Assembly: GCA_947085095.1 (NCBI GenBank)
Contig: CAMTVD010000035.1
Coordinates: 30,035-94,034 of the forward strand
Direction: 5' to 3'
From: an uncultured Thermus sp.
GTDB lineage: Bacteria > Deinococcota > Deinococci > Deinococcales > Thermaceae
DNA length: 64,000 nucleotides
How positions within the stretch are numbered: position 1 is the stretch's first letter; every line of letters begins with the position of its first letter. The position numbers were made by a program, and so were the translations under genes. The notes below the pieces were generated by a model, which saw only the letters and a list, made by a program, of their open reading frames with translations, did not search any database and was not told where the DNA came from. Shown here piece after piece: positions 30,787 to 40,352 of the stretch.

Positions 30787-31929
30787 ATGGAGGTCTTTCT
30801 CCTGGTCCTGCGCAACCTCATGGCCCGGCCCGTGCGGAGCCTGCTCACCCTCCTTGGGGTGGTGGTGGCCACCAGCAGCATGGTCCTCTTCCTTTCCTTC
30901 GGAGAGGGCCTGCGCAAGGCCCTCTTCCAGGAGCTCTCCCGGGTAGGGCCCGCCATCCAGGTGGTGCCCGAAGGCGTAGAGGGCTTCGGCTTTGGGGCTT
31001 TCCCCGAGATCACCCCGGAGAGCTTTCGCGCCCTGGAGGAGGCGGGGAAAAACCTGGGCGTAAGGGCCGTCATCCCCACCCTTTTCCTCACCCGGGGTGG
31101 GTTTGACCCCAGCACCAGCTTCTTCTTCCAGGGCCTGCCTGAAGGAACCGCCCCCGACCTCCTCTACCCCGGGACGAAGAGCAAGGAGGGCCGCCTCCTC
31201 CCCTCGGCAAGGGGCGCGGTGGTGGGGGCCAAGGTGGCCAAGCGAAGTGAACTGGGCCTGGGAAGCCCCCTGCGCCTCTCCCCCAGGGTGGAGCTTAGGG
31301 TGGAAGGGGTCCTGGAAGAAACCGGGGGGCTCGCCGACAACCTCATCTTCGTCCCCCTTCCCGCGCTGCAGGAGGTCCTGGGCACCAGGAACTACAGCAC
31401 GGTGCTGGTGGCCCTGAACCCCGGGCAGAAGGCGGAGGAAGTGGCCCGGGCCCTGGAAGGGGCCGTCCCCGGCCTCAAGGCCCAGACCACGAGTGAGGTG
31501 ATGCGCTTCGCCGAGAGGGCCTTGCGCATCAGCGACCTGGTGCGCTTTGGCATCAGCCTGGTGGCCCTCGTTGTGGGCGGGCTCCTCGTGGCCAACACCG
31601 TGATGATGTCCGTCTACGAGCGCATCCGCGAGTTCGGGGTCATGCGGGCCCTGGGGGCCAAACGGGGCTTCATCTTCCGCCTGGTCATCCTCGAGGCCCT
31701 CCTCCTCGCCCTCCTGGGGGGGGTTTTAGGCCTAGGGGTAGGAAGCCTAGCCTCCTCGGCCATCAACCTCTACACCGTGGACCAGGTGGGCCTGGCCCTC
31801 TCCGCCATCACCCCCAGGCTCGCCCTCTTCGCCCTGGGGGTGGCCCTAACCCTTGGCCTGCTGGCCGGTCTGCTTCCCGCCCACAACGCCAGCCGCATCC
31901 CGGTGGTGGAAGCCCTGGGGAGGGTGTAG
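30787..31929 (+). CDS. MacB/FtsX-family ABC permease
   Basis: [39 protein letters not shown]. Confidence 0.9.
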   Translation: MEVFLLVLRNLMARPVRSLLTLLGVVVATSSMVLFLSFGEGLRKALFQELSRVGPAIQVVPEGVEGFGFGAFPEITPESFRALEEAGKNLGVRAVIPTLFLTRGGFDPSTSFFFQGLPEGTAPDLLYPGTKSKEGRLLPSARGAVVGAKVAKRSELGLGSPLRLSPRVELRVEGVLEETGGLADNLIFVPLPALQEVLGTRNYSTVLVALNPGQKAEEVARALEGAVPGLKAQTTSEVMRFAERALRISDLVRFGISLVALVVGGLLVANTVMMSVYERIREFGVMRALGAKRGFIFRLVILEALLLALLGGVLGLGVGSLASSAINLYTVDQVGLALSAITPRLALFALGVALTLGLLAGLLPAHNASRIPVVEALGRV

Positions 31930-32622
31930 ATGCTCAGAGCCGAGAACCTGACCAAGCGCTACCGGCAAGGGGAGAAAGAGGTGGTGGCCCTCCAGGGCTT
32001 CACCTACGCCTTTCCCAAGGGGGCCACGGCGGTGGTGGGGCCTTCGGGCAGCGGAAAGACCACCCTCCTAAACCTTCTCGCTGGCTTTGACCTGCCCACG
32101 GAGGGCGGGGTCTTCCTGGGGGAAACCCCCCTCCACCGCCTCCCCGAGGACGAGCGGGCAGGCGTGCGCCTCAGGCACATGGGTTTCGTCTTCCAGCAGT
32201 GGAATCTAATCCCCACGCTCACCGCCCTGGAGAACGTGGCCTTTCCCCTCCTCCTTTCGGGCTGGCCCCAGGGGAAGCGCCAGAAGCGGGCAGCGGAGGT
32301 GCTGGAACAGGTGGGCCTGGCCCACCGCCTCCACCACCTGCCAAACCGCCTCTCCGGTGGGGAGCAACAAAGGGTGGCCCTGGCCCGGGCCCTGGCCCTG
32401 GACCCCGAGATCCTCTTCGCCGACGAGCCCACGGGCAACCTGGACGCCGAGAGCCGGGAGCAGGTGGCCGCCCTCCTCTTCGCCGCGGGGGAGGCCCGCA
32501 CCCTGATCCTGGTTACCCACGACCTGGAGCTGGCCCAAAGGGCCGGGCGGATCCTCTACCTCAAGGGGGGGCGGCTCGTTCGGGAGGAGATCCTAAAGGT
32601 TCCTCAGGGCCAGAACCTCTAG
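31930..32622 (+). CDS. LolD/MacB-family ABC ATP-binding protein
   Basis: GPSGSGKTT, LSGGEQQR, ADEPTGNLD, VTHD. Confidence 0.93.
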   Translation: MLRAENLTKRYRQGEKEVVALQGFTYAFPKGATAVVGPSGSGKTTLLNLLAGFDLPTEGGVFLGETPLHRLPEDERAGVRLRHMGFVFQQWNLIPTLTALENVAFPLLLSGWPQGKRQKRAAEVLEQVGLAHRLHHLPNRLSGGEQQRVALARALALDPEILFADEPTGNLDAESREQVAALLFAAGEARTLILVTHDLELAQRAGRILYLKGGRLVREEILKVPQGQNL

Positions 32623-33402
32623 GGCCTTCTCCCGGTTCCCGTTGCAGCTTATTCGCCTGGGGGCGGAAAGGAAGCGCACCGAATAACCCAGGCGCCGATA
32701 AAGCTCCACCACCCGCGGGGTGGCCTGATTGGATATCACCACAGGACCAGGGTGCTCGGCCAGCCACTCCGCCAGGTCCACCTGGTCCTCAAAGCGGAAC
32801 CCCCCCGGACTGTACTCCGTGAACTCCACATCGTAAGGGGGGTCAGCGTAGACGAAATCCTCGGGGAGAAGAGACACCTGGCGAAAGTCCATGCAGGTGA
32901 ACTCCCAGTTGCGGAAAGCTTGCTTGTAGGAAGAAAAGTCCCGCATGTAGGCAACGACCTTGTATTTACCGAAGGGAACGTTGAACTCGCCTTTGCGGTT
33001 GAAGCGGCAAAGACCGTTATAGCCCGTGCGGTTAAGGTAGTAGAAGAGTTCAGCGGCCTCTTGGGAGTCTGCCTGACCCTCCCGAATAAGCTGATTAAAA
33101 CGTGCCCGGTAAGCGTAGTAGAGTTCCCGATCGTAGCGCATCTCCAGCTTCAGAACGAGCCCCCTCTTGAGCCAGCGGTAGAAGTTGATGAGGTGCGGAT
33201 TGATATCGTTAAGAAGCGCCCTTTCCGGCATCAACCCCAGGGCCACGGCCAAGCCGCCAGCGAAAGGCTCCACTAGCCTCCGGTGGCGGTGGGGCCTATA
33301 CATCTTTTCCAGATAGGGCACCAACCACCGCTTACCCCCCGCCCATTTGAGGGGAGGGTCCAGCCTCTTGGACGCAGGGTTGGGGAAAAGGGGGGTGATC
33401 AT
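32593..33402 (-). CDS. Dam-family (D12 class) N6-adenine DNA methyltransferase
   Basis: KWAGGK, EPFAGG, LNDIN, YLNRTGYNGLCRFN..GEFNVPFG, DPPY. Confidence 0.93.
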   Translation of the reverse strand: MITPLFPNPASKRLDPPLKWAGGKRWLVPYLEKMYRPHRHRRLVEPFAGGLAVALGLMPERALLNDINPHLINFYRWLKRGLVLKLEMRYDRELYYAYRARFNQLIREGQADSQEAAELFYYLNRTGYNGLCRFNRKGEFNVPFGKYKVVAYMRDFSSYKQAFRNWEFTCMDFRQVSLLPEDFVYADPPYDVEFTEYSPGGFRFEDQVDLAEWLAEHPGPVVISNQATPRVVELYRRLGYSVRFLSAPRRISCNGNREKALEVLALRNL

Positions 33403-33410
33403 ATTGGCCG

Positions 33411-33854
33411 TTAGCCCCTTCTTCTCCTGCGCACCGGCCTGCTTTCAAAGAACTCCCTTAGCCAGGCCTCCAAAAAAGACTCGTGTATGAAGCCCTCGGT
33501 GAGGGCCCAGCGGCGCATTTTGGGTCCAAACCCCGAGCCTCCCACCACAACCACAGAGTGCACGCCAAAGATCCGGTCCCTCCTGGCCTCCTCCGCCGCC
33601 CGGAAGAGCTTATCCTCAGCGCTACCGGAGGTGGACTGCCACTTGCACTCCAAAAAGAGATAAGGCCGGAGGTCCTCCTTTAGCAGAACCACCACATCCA
33701 CCTTCCTGCCCTGCTCACGGATAGCGCTTCCGTGGGGGGACGGGTATTCCACCTCCACGTGGAAGCGCCCCTCGAGGCCAGCTTCCCGGATGATGCGCTC
33801 CACCGTTTCCCTAACCTTCTCCCTGAAAAGGTCGCCTGAGGACGGGGAGGTCAT
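33411..33854 (-). CDS. Small PD-(D/E)XK nuclease-superfamily protein (147 aa)
   Basis: KVDVVV...LECKWQSTSGSAEDKL; TATGAT and GGAGG before ATG 33854; co-oriented 8 bp upstream of the methylase. Confidence 0.72.
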   Translation of the reverse strand: MTSPSSGDLFREKVRETVERIIREAGLEGRFHVEVEYPSPHGSAIREQGRKVDVVVLLKEDLRPYLFLECKWQSTSGSAEDKLFRAAEEARRDRIFGVHSVVVVGGSGFGPKMRRWALTEGFIHESFLEAWLREFFESRPVRRRRRG

Positions 33855-33908
33855 GCCTCCATCATACGGGGACATCTGGCCCAAGGGCCCTGTGGCACAA
33901 TACCCCCC

Positions 33909-35240
33909 ATGGGCAAGCGCATGGTGGTGGTGGGTGGGGTGGCGGGCGGGGCCTCCGCCGCCGCCAAGGCCAAGCGGGAAAACCCCGAGCTGGAGGTGGT
34001 GGTCTACGAGAAGTCCGGGTGGGTGTCCTACGGAGCCTGCGGCCTGCCCTACGTGCTTTCAGAAGAGATTCCCAATCTGGAAAAACTGGTGGCCCGCACC
34101 CCGGAGGAGTTCCGCAAGCAAGGGGTCCTGGTCCACACCCGCCATGAAGTGGTGGATGTGGATCCCGCCTCGAGGACCGTAACCGTCTTTGACCACAAGG
34201 AGGGGCGCACCTTCCAAGACCGGTACGATCACCTGGTCCTGGCCACGGGGGCCAGGCCCACCATCCCCCCCATTCCCGGTACGGAGCAGGAAGGGGTCTT
34301 CACCCTAAGAAGCATGGAGGACGGCCAAAGGCTCCTTGGGGCCCTCGAGGGGGCCAGGCGGGCCGCCATCCTGGGGGCGGGGTACATCGGCCTGGAGGTG
34401 GCCGAGGCCTTCCGCAAGCGGGGCCTGGAGGTCACCCTCCTGGAGGCCCGGGACCGGCCCCTCCCCCACTCTGACCCCGAGGTGGGCGCCCTCCTCAAGG
34501 AGGAGCTGGAGCGCCACGGGGTGGAGGTCTGGACCGGCGTCAGGGTAGAGGCCTTGCGGGGCCAGGGGCGGGTGGAGGCGGTGGAGACCTCGGAAGGGGT
34601 GGTGCCGGTGGACCTGGTCCTCTTGGCCACCGGCATCCGGCCCAACGTGGAGCTGGCCCAGGCCATGGGGGTGGCCCTGGGGCCCACGGGGGCCATCGCC
34701 ACCGATGAAGGGATGCGCACCAACCTGGAAGGGGTCTACGCCGCCGGGGACGTGGCGGAGAGCTTCCACCAGGTCCTAAAGCGCCCCTACTGGCTCCCCC
34801 TGGGGGACGTGGCCAACAAGCACGGGCGCACCGCCGGGAGCGTCATCGCCGGGAAGGAGGCCCGCTTTCATGGAGTGGTGGGGACGGCCATCTTCAAGGC
34901 CTTTAGCCTGGCGGTGGCCACCACCGGCCTCTCCCTCGAGGCCGCCCGCAAGGAGGGGTACGCCGCCAAAAAGGTCTTCATCCAGAGTCGGGACGGCGCC
35001 CACTACTACCCGGGAAGCCAGCCCCTCTTTGTGGAGCTGGTCTACGAGGAGGGAACGGAACGGCTTCTGGGGGGTGCGGTGGTGGCCCACGGGCACGGGG
35101 CCCTGCGCATAGACGCCCTGGCCGCCCTTCTTTCCCAGGGCGGGACCGTGGAGGACCTCCTGGCCCTGGACCTGGCCTACGCCCCGCCCTATAGCCCCGT
35201 CTGGGACCCCCTCCTCATCGCCGCCCAGCAGGTGCGCTAA
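33909..35240 (+). CDS. cdr: CoA-disulfide reductase / NADH oxidase family flavoprotein
   Basis: GGVAGG, SYGACGLPY redox Cys, GAGYIG, YAPPYS. Confidence 0.85.
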   Translation: MGKRMVVVGGVAGGASAAAKAKRENPELEVVVYEKSGWVSYGACGLPYVLSEEIPNLEKLVARTPEEFRKQGVLVHTRHEVVDVDPASRTVTVFDHKEGRTFQDRYDHLVLATGARPTIPPIPGTEQEGVFTLRSMEDGQRLLGALEGARRAAILGAGYIGLEVAEAFRKRGLEVTLLEARDRPLPHSDPEVGALLKEELERHGVEVWTGVRVEALRGQGRVEAVETSEGVVPVDLVLLATGIRPNVELAQAMGVALGPTGAIATDEGMRTNLEGVYAAGDVAESFHQVLKRPYWLPLGDVANKHGRTAGSVIAGKEARFHGVVGTAIFKAFSLAVATTGLSLEAARKEGYAAKKVFIQSRDGAHYYPGSQPLFVELVYEEGTERLLGGAVVAHGHGALRIDALAALLSQGGTVEDLLALDLAYAPPYSPVWDPLLIAAQQVR

Positions 35241-35348
35241 AGCGGTGTAGGCAAAGTCTGGGCACACCGCCCAACCGTGTGAAGCTCCGGGCCTTACACC
35301 CTACACCACAAGGGCCTCCACCCCCAGACTGGCCCTTGGAGGTGCCGG

Positions 35349-36665
35349 ATGGAACCCTTGAGCATGCTGACCCCGGAGATGCGGCAAGAGGCGGAGGCCC
35401 TGAGGCGGGAATGGGCCACCAACCCCCGCTGGAAAGGGGTGAAGCGGGACTACCGCCCCGAGGACGTGGTGCGCCTCAGGCCCAGCGTCCTGGTGGAGCA
35501 CACCCTGGCCAAGCGAGGGGCGGAAAGGCTCTGGCAGCTCCTCCACGAGCGCCCCTACATCCACACCTTCGGGGCCTACACCGGGGCCATGGCGGTGGAG
35601 ATGGTGCGGGCTGGGCTGGAAGCCATCTACCTCTCCGGCTGGCAGGTGGCCGCCGACGCCAACCTGGCCTGGCAGACCTACCCCGACCAGTCCCTCTACC
35701 CCGTGAACTCCGTGCCCCAGATCGTGAGGCGCATCAACAACGCCCTCATGCGGGCGGACATGATTGAGCGCTCCGAGGGCAAGGTGACCCGGGACTGGTA
35801 CGTGCCCATCGTGGCCGACGCCGAGGCGGGATTCGGCGGAGCCCTGAACGTCTTTGAGCTCACCAAGGCCATGATTGAGGCGGGGGCCGCGGGGATCCAC
35901 TACGAGGACCAGCTGGCCTCGGAAAAGAAGTGCGGCCACCTGGGGGGGAAGGTCCTGGTGCCCACCGCCCAGCACATCCGCACCCTGCAGGCGGCCCGCC
36001 TGGCGGCGGACATCCTGGGGGTGCCCACGGTGATCATCGCCCGCACCGACGCCGAGGCCGCCACCCTCATCACCAGCGACATTGACGAGCGGGACAAGCC
36101 CTTCATCCTCAAGGGCGAGCGCACCCCCGAGGGCTTCTACCGGGTGAGAAATGGGATTGAGGCGGGGATCGCCCGGGCCCTGGCCTACGCCCCCTACGCC
36201 GACATCATCTGGATGGAGACCTCCAAGCCCGACCTGGAGGAGGCCAGAAAGTTCGCCGAGGCGGTGAAGCGGGAGTTCCCCGACAAGCTCCTCGCCTACA
36301 ACCTCTCCCCCTCCTTCAACTGGAAGAAGTTCCTGGACGATGAGACCATCGCCAAGTTCAACCGGGAGCTGGGGGAGATGGGCTACAAGTTCCAGTTCAT
36401 CACCCTGGCGGGCTGGCACACCCTGAACTACTACATCTGGGAGCTGGCCAAGGGGTACAAGGCCCGGGGCATGCCCGCCTTCGTGGAGATCCAGCAGAAG
36501 GAGTTCCTGGCCCAGGCCCAGGGCTTCACCGCGGTGAAGCACCAGCGGGAGGTGGGGGCGGGCTACTTTGACGAGGTGGTCCTGGCCCTCACCCAGGGGG
36601 AGGCCTCCACCCTGGCCCTCAAGGGCTCCACGGAAGAGGCCCAGTTCAACGAAGCCGTCCACTAG
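35349..36665 (+). CDS. aceA: Isocitrate lyase
   Basis: [11 protein letters not shown] signature, [18 protein letters not shown]. Confidence 0.98.
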   Translation: MEPLSMLTPEMRQEAEALRREWATNPRWKGVKRDYRPEDVVRLRPSVLVEHTLAKRGAERLWQLLHERPYIHTFGAYTGAMAVEMVRAGLEAIYLSGWQVAADANLAWQTYPDQSLYPVNSVPQIVRRINNALMRADMIERSEGKVTRDWYVPIVADAEAGFGGALNVFELTKAMIEAGAAGIHYEDQLASEKKCGHLGGKVLVPTAQHIRTLQAARLAADILGVPTVIIARTDAEAATLITSDIDERDKPFILKGERTPEGFYRVRNGIEAGIARALAYAPYADIIWMETSKPDLEEARKFAEAVKREFPDKLLAYNLSPSFNWKKFLDDETIAKFNRELGEMGYKFQFITLAGWHTLNYYIWELAKGYKARGMPAFVEIQQKEFLAQAQGFTAVKHQREVGAGYFDEVVLALTQGEASTLALKGSTEEAQFNEAVH

Positions 36666-36680
36666 GCCAGAAAGCTCCCG

Positions 36681-36707
36681 CTCCCCGGAGTACTCCGGGG
36701 AGTTTTT
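36681..36707 (+). terminator. Intrinsic terminator after aceA
   Basis: Perfect palindrome CTCCCCGGAGTACTCCGGGGAG followed by TTTTT. Confidence 0.85.
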
Positions 36708-36749
36708 CGTGTGCACAAAACCAGACAAAAGCTTTATAGTGTAAACGCG

Positions 36750-39512
36750 ATGTCAGATGCGAATACACCCTGGCTCCGCTACCTAGAAGACCTCCGCCCC
36801 CACCTCAGGGGGCGGGACCACCGGGGCAAGAAGGGCTCCCTGCGTTGGCTCGAGGCCCTCATGGCCGAACGGGGCGGACGGGCGGGCACCGTGCGCAACA
36901 TTCTCTACAAGGACCTGGGAAGCCCCGAGGAGAAGGAGCGCCTCTACAAGGTGATCGCCGACCTCTACCGGGAGGCGGGCCTGGAACCCCCATCCCCCCC
37001 GGCGGAGCTCTTTTTGGAGAGCGCTCGCAAGGTGCTGGGCCGGGACAAAAGGCGCATCTTCCGCCGCTTCCTCAAGGAGCTGGAGGCGGGGGGCAGGCCC
37101 CAGATGGTGGTGGTGGGCGGGCCCGCCACGGGGAAGGGGGTCCTCCTCTCCGCCCTAGGCCGGGCCCTCTCCGCCCTCCCGGGAAAGGAGCCCTTCCTCC
37201 TCAACCTGGGCGGGGAGCTGGCCCAGGCCCTGGTGCCCCTGGCGGAGACCCTGGGGGTGGCCGAGGAGGTGCGGGGGCTTCTGGCCCAGCTCTCCCCCAC
37301 CCAGCCCTACGTGCTCCAGGGGGCCTTGCAGCAGGAGGCCCTCGCCCTTTTGGCCCAGGCCCTGAACCGGGAGGGGCGTCCCCTTCTCCTGCGGGCGGAG
37401 GCGGAGGGCACCCTGGAGGGCCTGCCCCTTAGAGGGGCAGACGGGGGAAAAAAGGGCCTGGCCGCCTGGTTGGAACCTTTTTTGAAAAAAATGCACATAC
37501 CTTACCTGGCCGCCCTTTCCGAGCCCCCACCCACCCTTCCCTACCAACCCCTTTCTCCCCCGAGCCGGGAGGAGGCCCGCCGCTTCGTGCGGGAGAGGCT
37601 TCCCCACCTGCCCCCGGAGCGCCTGGAGGCCCTGGTGAACCGGGCAGGGCGCAACTTCGGGGAGCTTTCCCGCCTGGTCCTCCTGGAGGCCGCCAAGCAC
37701 GACCCCAACACCCCCCTCCAGGACGACCCCGCCCTGAGGCCCCTCCTCCAGGCCCTTTCCGCCTTCAGCCCCGAGGCCGACCCCGCCTTCCCCCTGGAAC
37801 TCTTGGAAAAGGCCCTGGGAAAACCCCTGGAAAGACTCTCCCATGCGGAGAGGGCGCTCCTGGACTGGGTAGGGGAGGGCCTGGTGCGCCCCGCCCTAAG
37901 GAGCCTCCTGCCGGAGGAGGTCCCCCGGGAGCTCCACCGCCTGGCCCTGGAATACTTCCCGCGGGAAAACCTCTTCCGCAAGCTCCACCACGCCCGCAAG
38001 GCGGGGGAAAGGCAAGTCATTCTGGAGCTTCTACACGAAGATCCCGCCCGCCTGGCCCTCCTGCCCGGCCTGTGGGAGGAGGCCCAAGGGTGGCCGGAAA
38101 AGGACCTCGAGGCCCTGGCCTCGGTGGTGGTGCGCTACCGGGCGGTCTTGGGCCAGTACGCCCACCCCGAGGCGGAGGAAGCCCTCCAGGTCCTTTCCCG
38201 GTCGGAAAACCCCACCCTGCGCACCTGGGCCCGCATCAAGGCCGCCGAGGCCAAGGCGGATGCCGCCCTCTACCGGGAGGCGGAGGAGCTCCTTCCCCCC
38301 AAGGAGGACCTGGAGCACCTGGACGAAACCGCCCAGGCGGAGGGGCTTTTGGTGATGGCGGCGGTGGAGCGCTGGAAGGGGGACTACGAGAAGGCCGCCC
38401 GCTTCGTGGCCGAGGCAGAAGGCCTGCCCGTGGTGCCCTTCCTCCGGGACCGGGTGCAGCTTTGGCGGGGCCTGGTGGCCAAGGACCTGGGACGGTACGA
38501 GGAGGCCCTAAAGGCCCTCTCCCAGGTGGGGCACGACCCCCTCCTCCTGGGGAGGGCCCGCTACCAGATGGGGGACCTCCTCATGCGCCTGGGCCGCCTC
38601 GAGGCCCAGGAACGCATGGCCGAGGGCCTCAAGGCCCTGGAGGAGGCCGGGGCCCCCAAGGACGAGGTGGCCCGGGTGCGGGCCCGCTACGCCACGCTCC
38701 TAAGACGGCTTGGCCGCTACGAGGAGGCGGAGGCCGCCCTCGCGAAGGCCCTTTCCGAGGCGGAAGACCCCTTCACCCGGGCCCGGGTGGAAAGCGAGGG
38801 GGGCATCCTCCAGGCCGCCTGGGGAAGGCCCTTCGCCGCTCTGGAGCTTCTGGTGCGGGCGGAGGCCTACTTCCGCGCCACCAAAGAGCGGCCCAAAGAG
38901 GCCCGCTACCGCCACCTCCGCACCCTCTTCCGCCTGGGAGCCACCTACCTCCTCCTGGAGGCGGGCCAGCCCTACCGCCCCCCCTTCCTGGGCAACCTTG
39001 CCGCCCCCCAGGCGGAGCGCCTCCTAAAGGACCTCCTGGCCGCCATCCCTGAGGAGGCCACGGACCGCTACACCGCCCTCAGGCTGGATACCGCCAGCCT
39101 CCTCGCCCTCCTTCTGTCACCCCAGGAAGGGAAAGACCTCCTCAAGCCCCTGCTTTCCCTGGAAAACCCCTACCTCCGGGCCCAGGCCCGCCTGGGGTAC
39201 GCGGAGGTCCTGATCCGGGAGGGAGGCTTTGGCGAGGCCCTGGCCCAGATCGTGGCCCTCCCCCCCCTCGAGGACCCCGGCCTCCTGGCCCAGGCCCGGG
39301 CGGTGGAGGTCCTGGCCCTTTTGGGCCTGGGCGAGAAGGAGGCCGCTTGGGCCAAGCTAGAGGAGGTCCGGCAGGGAAGCCTGCCCCCCGCCTTCCGCTT
39401 CCAGCTGGGCCGCGCCCTGGGCCGCTTCTGCCCCGAGCTGGAAAAACGCCTCCCCCCAAGCCCCCTGGGCCTGGCGGAGGCCCTGGGGTTCCACCTGGCA
39501 AATCCCGACTAA
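36750..39512 (+). CDS. Large hypothetical protein: putative N-terminal HTH, degenerate P-loop, C-terminal TPR-like repeats
   Basis: VVVGGPATGKG; repeated LGRYEEA helical motifs; native codon usage. Confidence 0.75.
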   Translation: MSDANTPWLRYLEDLRPHLRGRDHRGKKGSLRWLEALMAERGGRAGTVRNILYKDLGSPEEKERLYKVIADLYREAGLEPPSPPAELFLESARKVLGRDKRRIFRRFLKELEAGGRPQMVVVGGPATGKGVLLSALGRALSALPGKEPFLLNLGGELAQALVPLAETLGVAEEVRGLLAQLSPTQPYVLQGALQQEALALLAQALNREGRPLLLRAEAEGTLEGLPLRGADGGKKGLAAWLEPFLKKMHIPYLAALSEPPPTLPYQPLSPPSREEARRFVRERLPHLPPERLEALVNRAGRNFGELSRLVLLEAAKHDPNTPLQDDPALRPLLQALSAFSPEADPAFPLELLEKALGKPLERLSHAERALLDWVGEGLVRPALRSLLPEEVPRELHRLALEYFPRENLFRKLHHARKAGERQVILELLHEDPARLALLPGLWEEAQGWPEKDLEALASVVVRYRAVLGQYAHPEAEEALQVLSRSENPTLRTWARIKAAEAKADAALYREAEELLPPKEDLEHLDETAQAEGLLVMAAVERWKGDYEKAARFVAEAEGLPVVPFLRDRVQLWRGLVAKDLGRYEEALKALSQVGHDPLLLGRARYQMGDLLMRLGRLEAQERMAEGLKALEEAGAPKDEVARVRARYATLLRRLGRYEEAEAALAKALSEAEDPFTRARVESEGGILQAAWGRPFAALELLVRAEAYFRATKERPKEARYRHLRTLFRLGATYLLLEAGQPYRPPFLGNLAAPQAERLLKDLLAAIPEEATDRYTALRLDTASLLALLLSPQEGKDLLKPLLSLENPYLRAQARLGYAEVLIREGGFGEALAQIVALPPLEDPGLLAQARAVEVLALLGLGEKEAAWAKLEEVRQGSLPPAFRFQLGRALGRFCPELEKRLPPSPLGLAEALGFHLANPD

Positions 39513-39599
39513 ATCACTATACTTTTGGAGGGCGCCGGGCTATACTTTTACTGCGAACGGGTCGCAGTAAGGAAGGACCCGGCACCAGGAGGCAAAAGC

Positions 39600-40352
39600 A
39601 TGAACCAGCTGGAAATCCGCGACCTCTGGGCATCCATTGACGGGGAGATGATCCTTAAAGGGGTGAACCTGGTGGTGCCCAAGGGCCAGGTCCACGCCCT
39701 CATGGGCCCCAACGGGGCGGGAAAGAGCACCCTGGGCAAGATCCTGGCCGGGGACCCCGAGTACCGGGTGGAGAAGGGGGAGATCCTCCTGGACGGGGAG
39801 AGCATCCTGGACCTCTCCCCCGATGAAAGGGCCAAAAGGGGCCTCTTCCTGGCCTTCCAGTACCCGGTGGAGGTCCCAGGGGTGACCATGGCCAACTTCC
39901 TCCGCCTGGCGCTGCAGGCCCGCCTGGGCCGGGAGGTGGGGGTGGCGGAGTTCTGGACCAAGGTGAAGAAGGCCCTGGAGCTTCTGGACTGGGAGGAGGG
40001 CTACCTCTCCCGCTACCTCAACGAGGGCCTTTCCGGCGGGGAGAAGAAGCGGAACGAGATCCTGCAGCTTCTGGTCCTCGAGCCCTCCTACGCCGTCCTG
40101 GACGAGACCGACTCCGGCCTGGACATAGACGCCCTCAAGGTGGTGGCCCGGGGAGTGAACGCCATGCGGGGACCGGGCTTCGGGGCCCTGGTCATCACCC
40201 ACTACCAGCGCCTTCTCAACTACATCGTCCCCGACCGGGTGCACGTGATGATGGACGGACGCGTGGTGGCCGAGGGCGGCCCCGAGCTGGCCCTGGAGCT
40301 GGAGGCCAGGGGCTACGACTGGCTTAGGGAGAGGGTCAAGGAGGGCCTATGA
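39600..40352 (+). CDS. sufC: Fe-S assembly ATPase
   Basis: [32 protein letters not shown]. Confidence 0.97.
   Translation: MNQLEIRDLWASIDGEMILKGVNLVVPKGQVHALMGPNGAGKSTLGKILAGDPEYRVEKGEILLDGESILDLSPDERAKRGLFLAFQYPVEVPGVTMANFLRLALQARLGREVGVAEFWTKVKKALELLDWEEGYLSRYLNEGLSGGEKKRNEILQLLVLEPSYAVLDETDSGLDIDALKVVARGVNAMRGPGFGALVITHYQRLLNYIVPDRVHVMMDGRVVAEGGPELALELEARGYDWLRERVKEGL

Noticed and set aside
30315..31115. 267-aa N-terminal extension of alaS in the ORF track
   Set aside because: It overlaps two plus-strand genes; the canonical MRTAEIR start has a TATAAT 7 nt upstream
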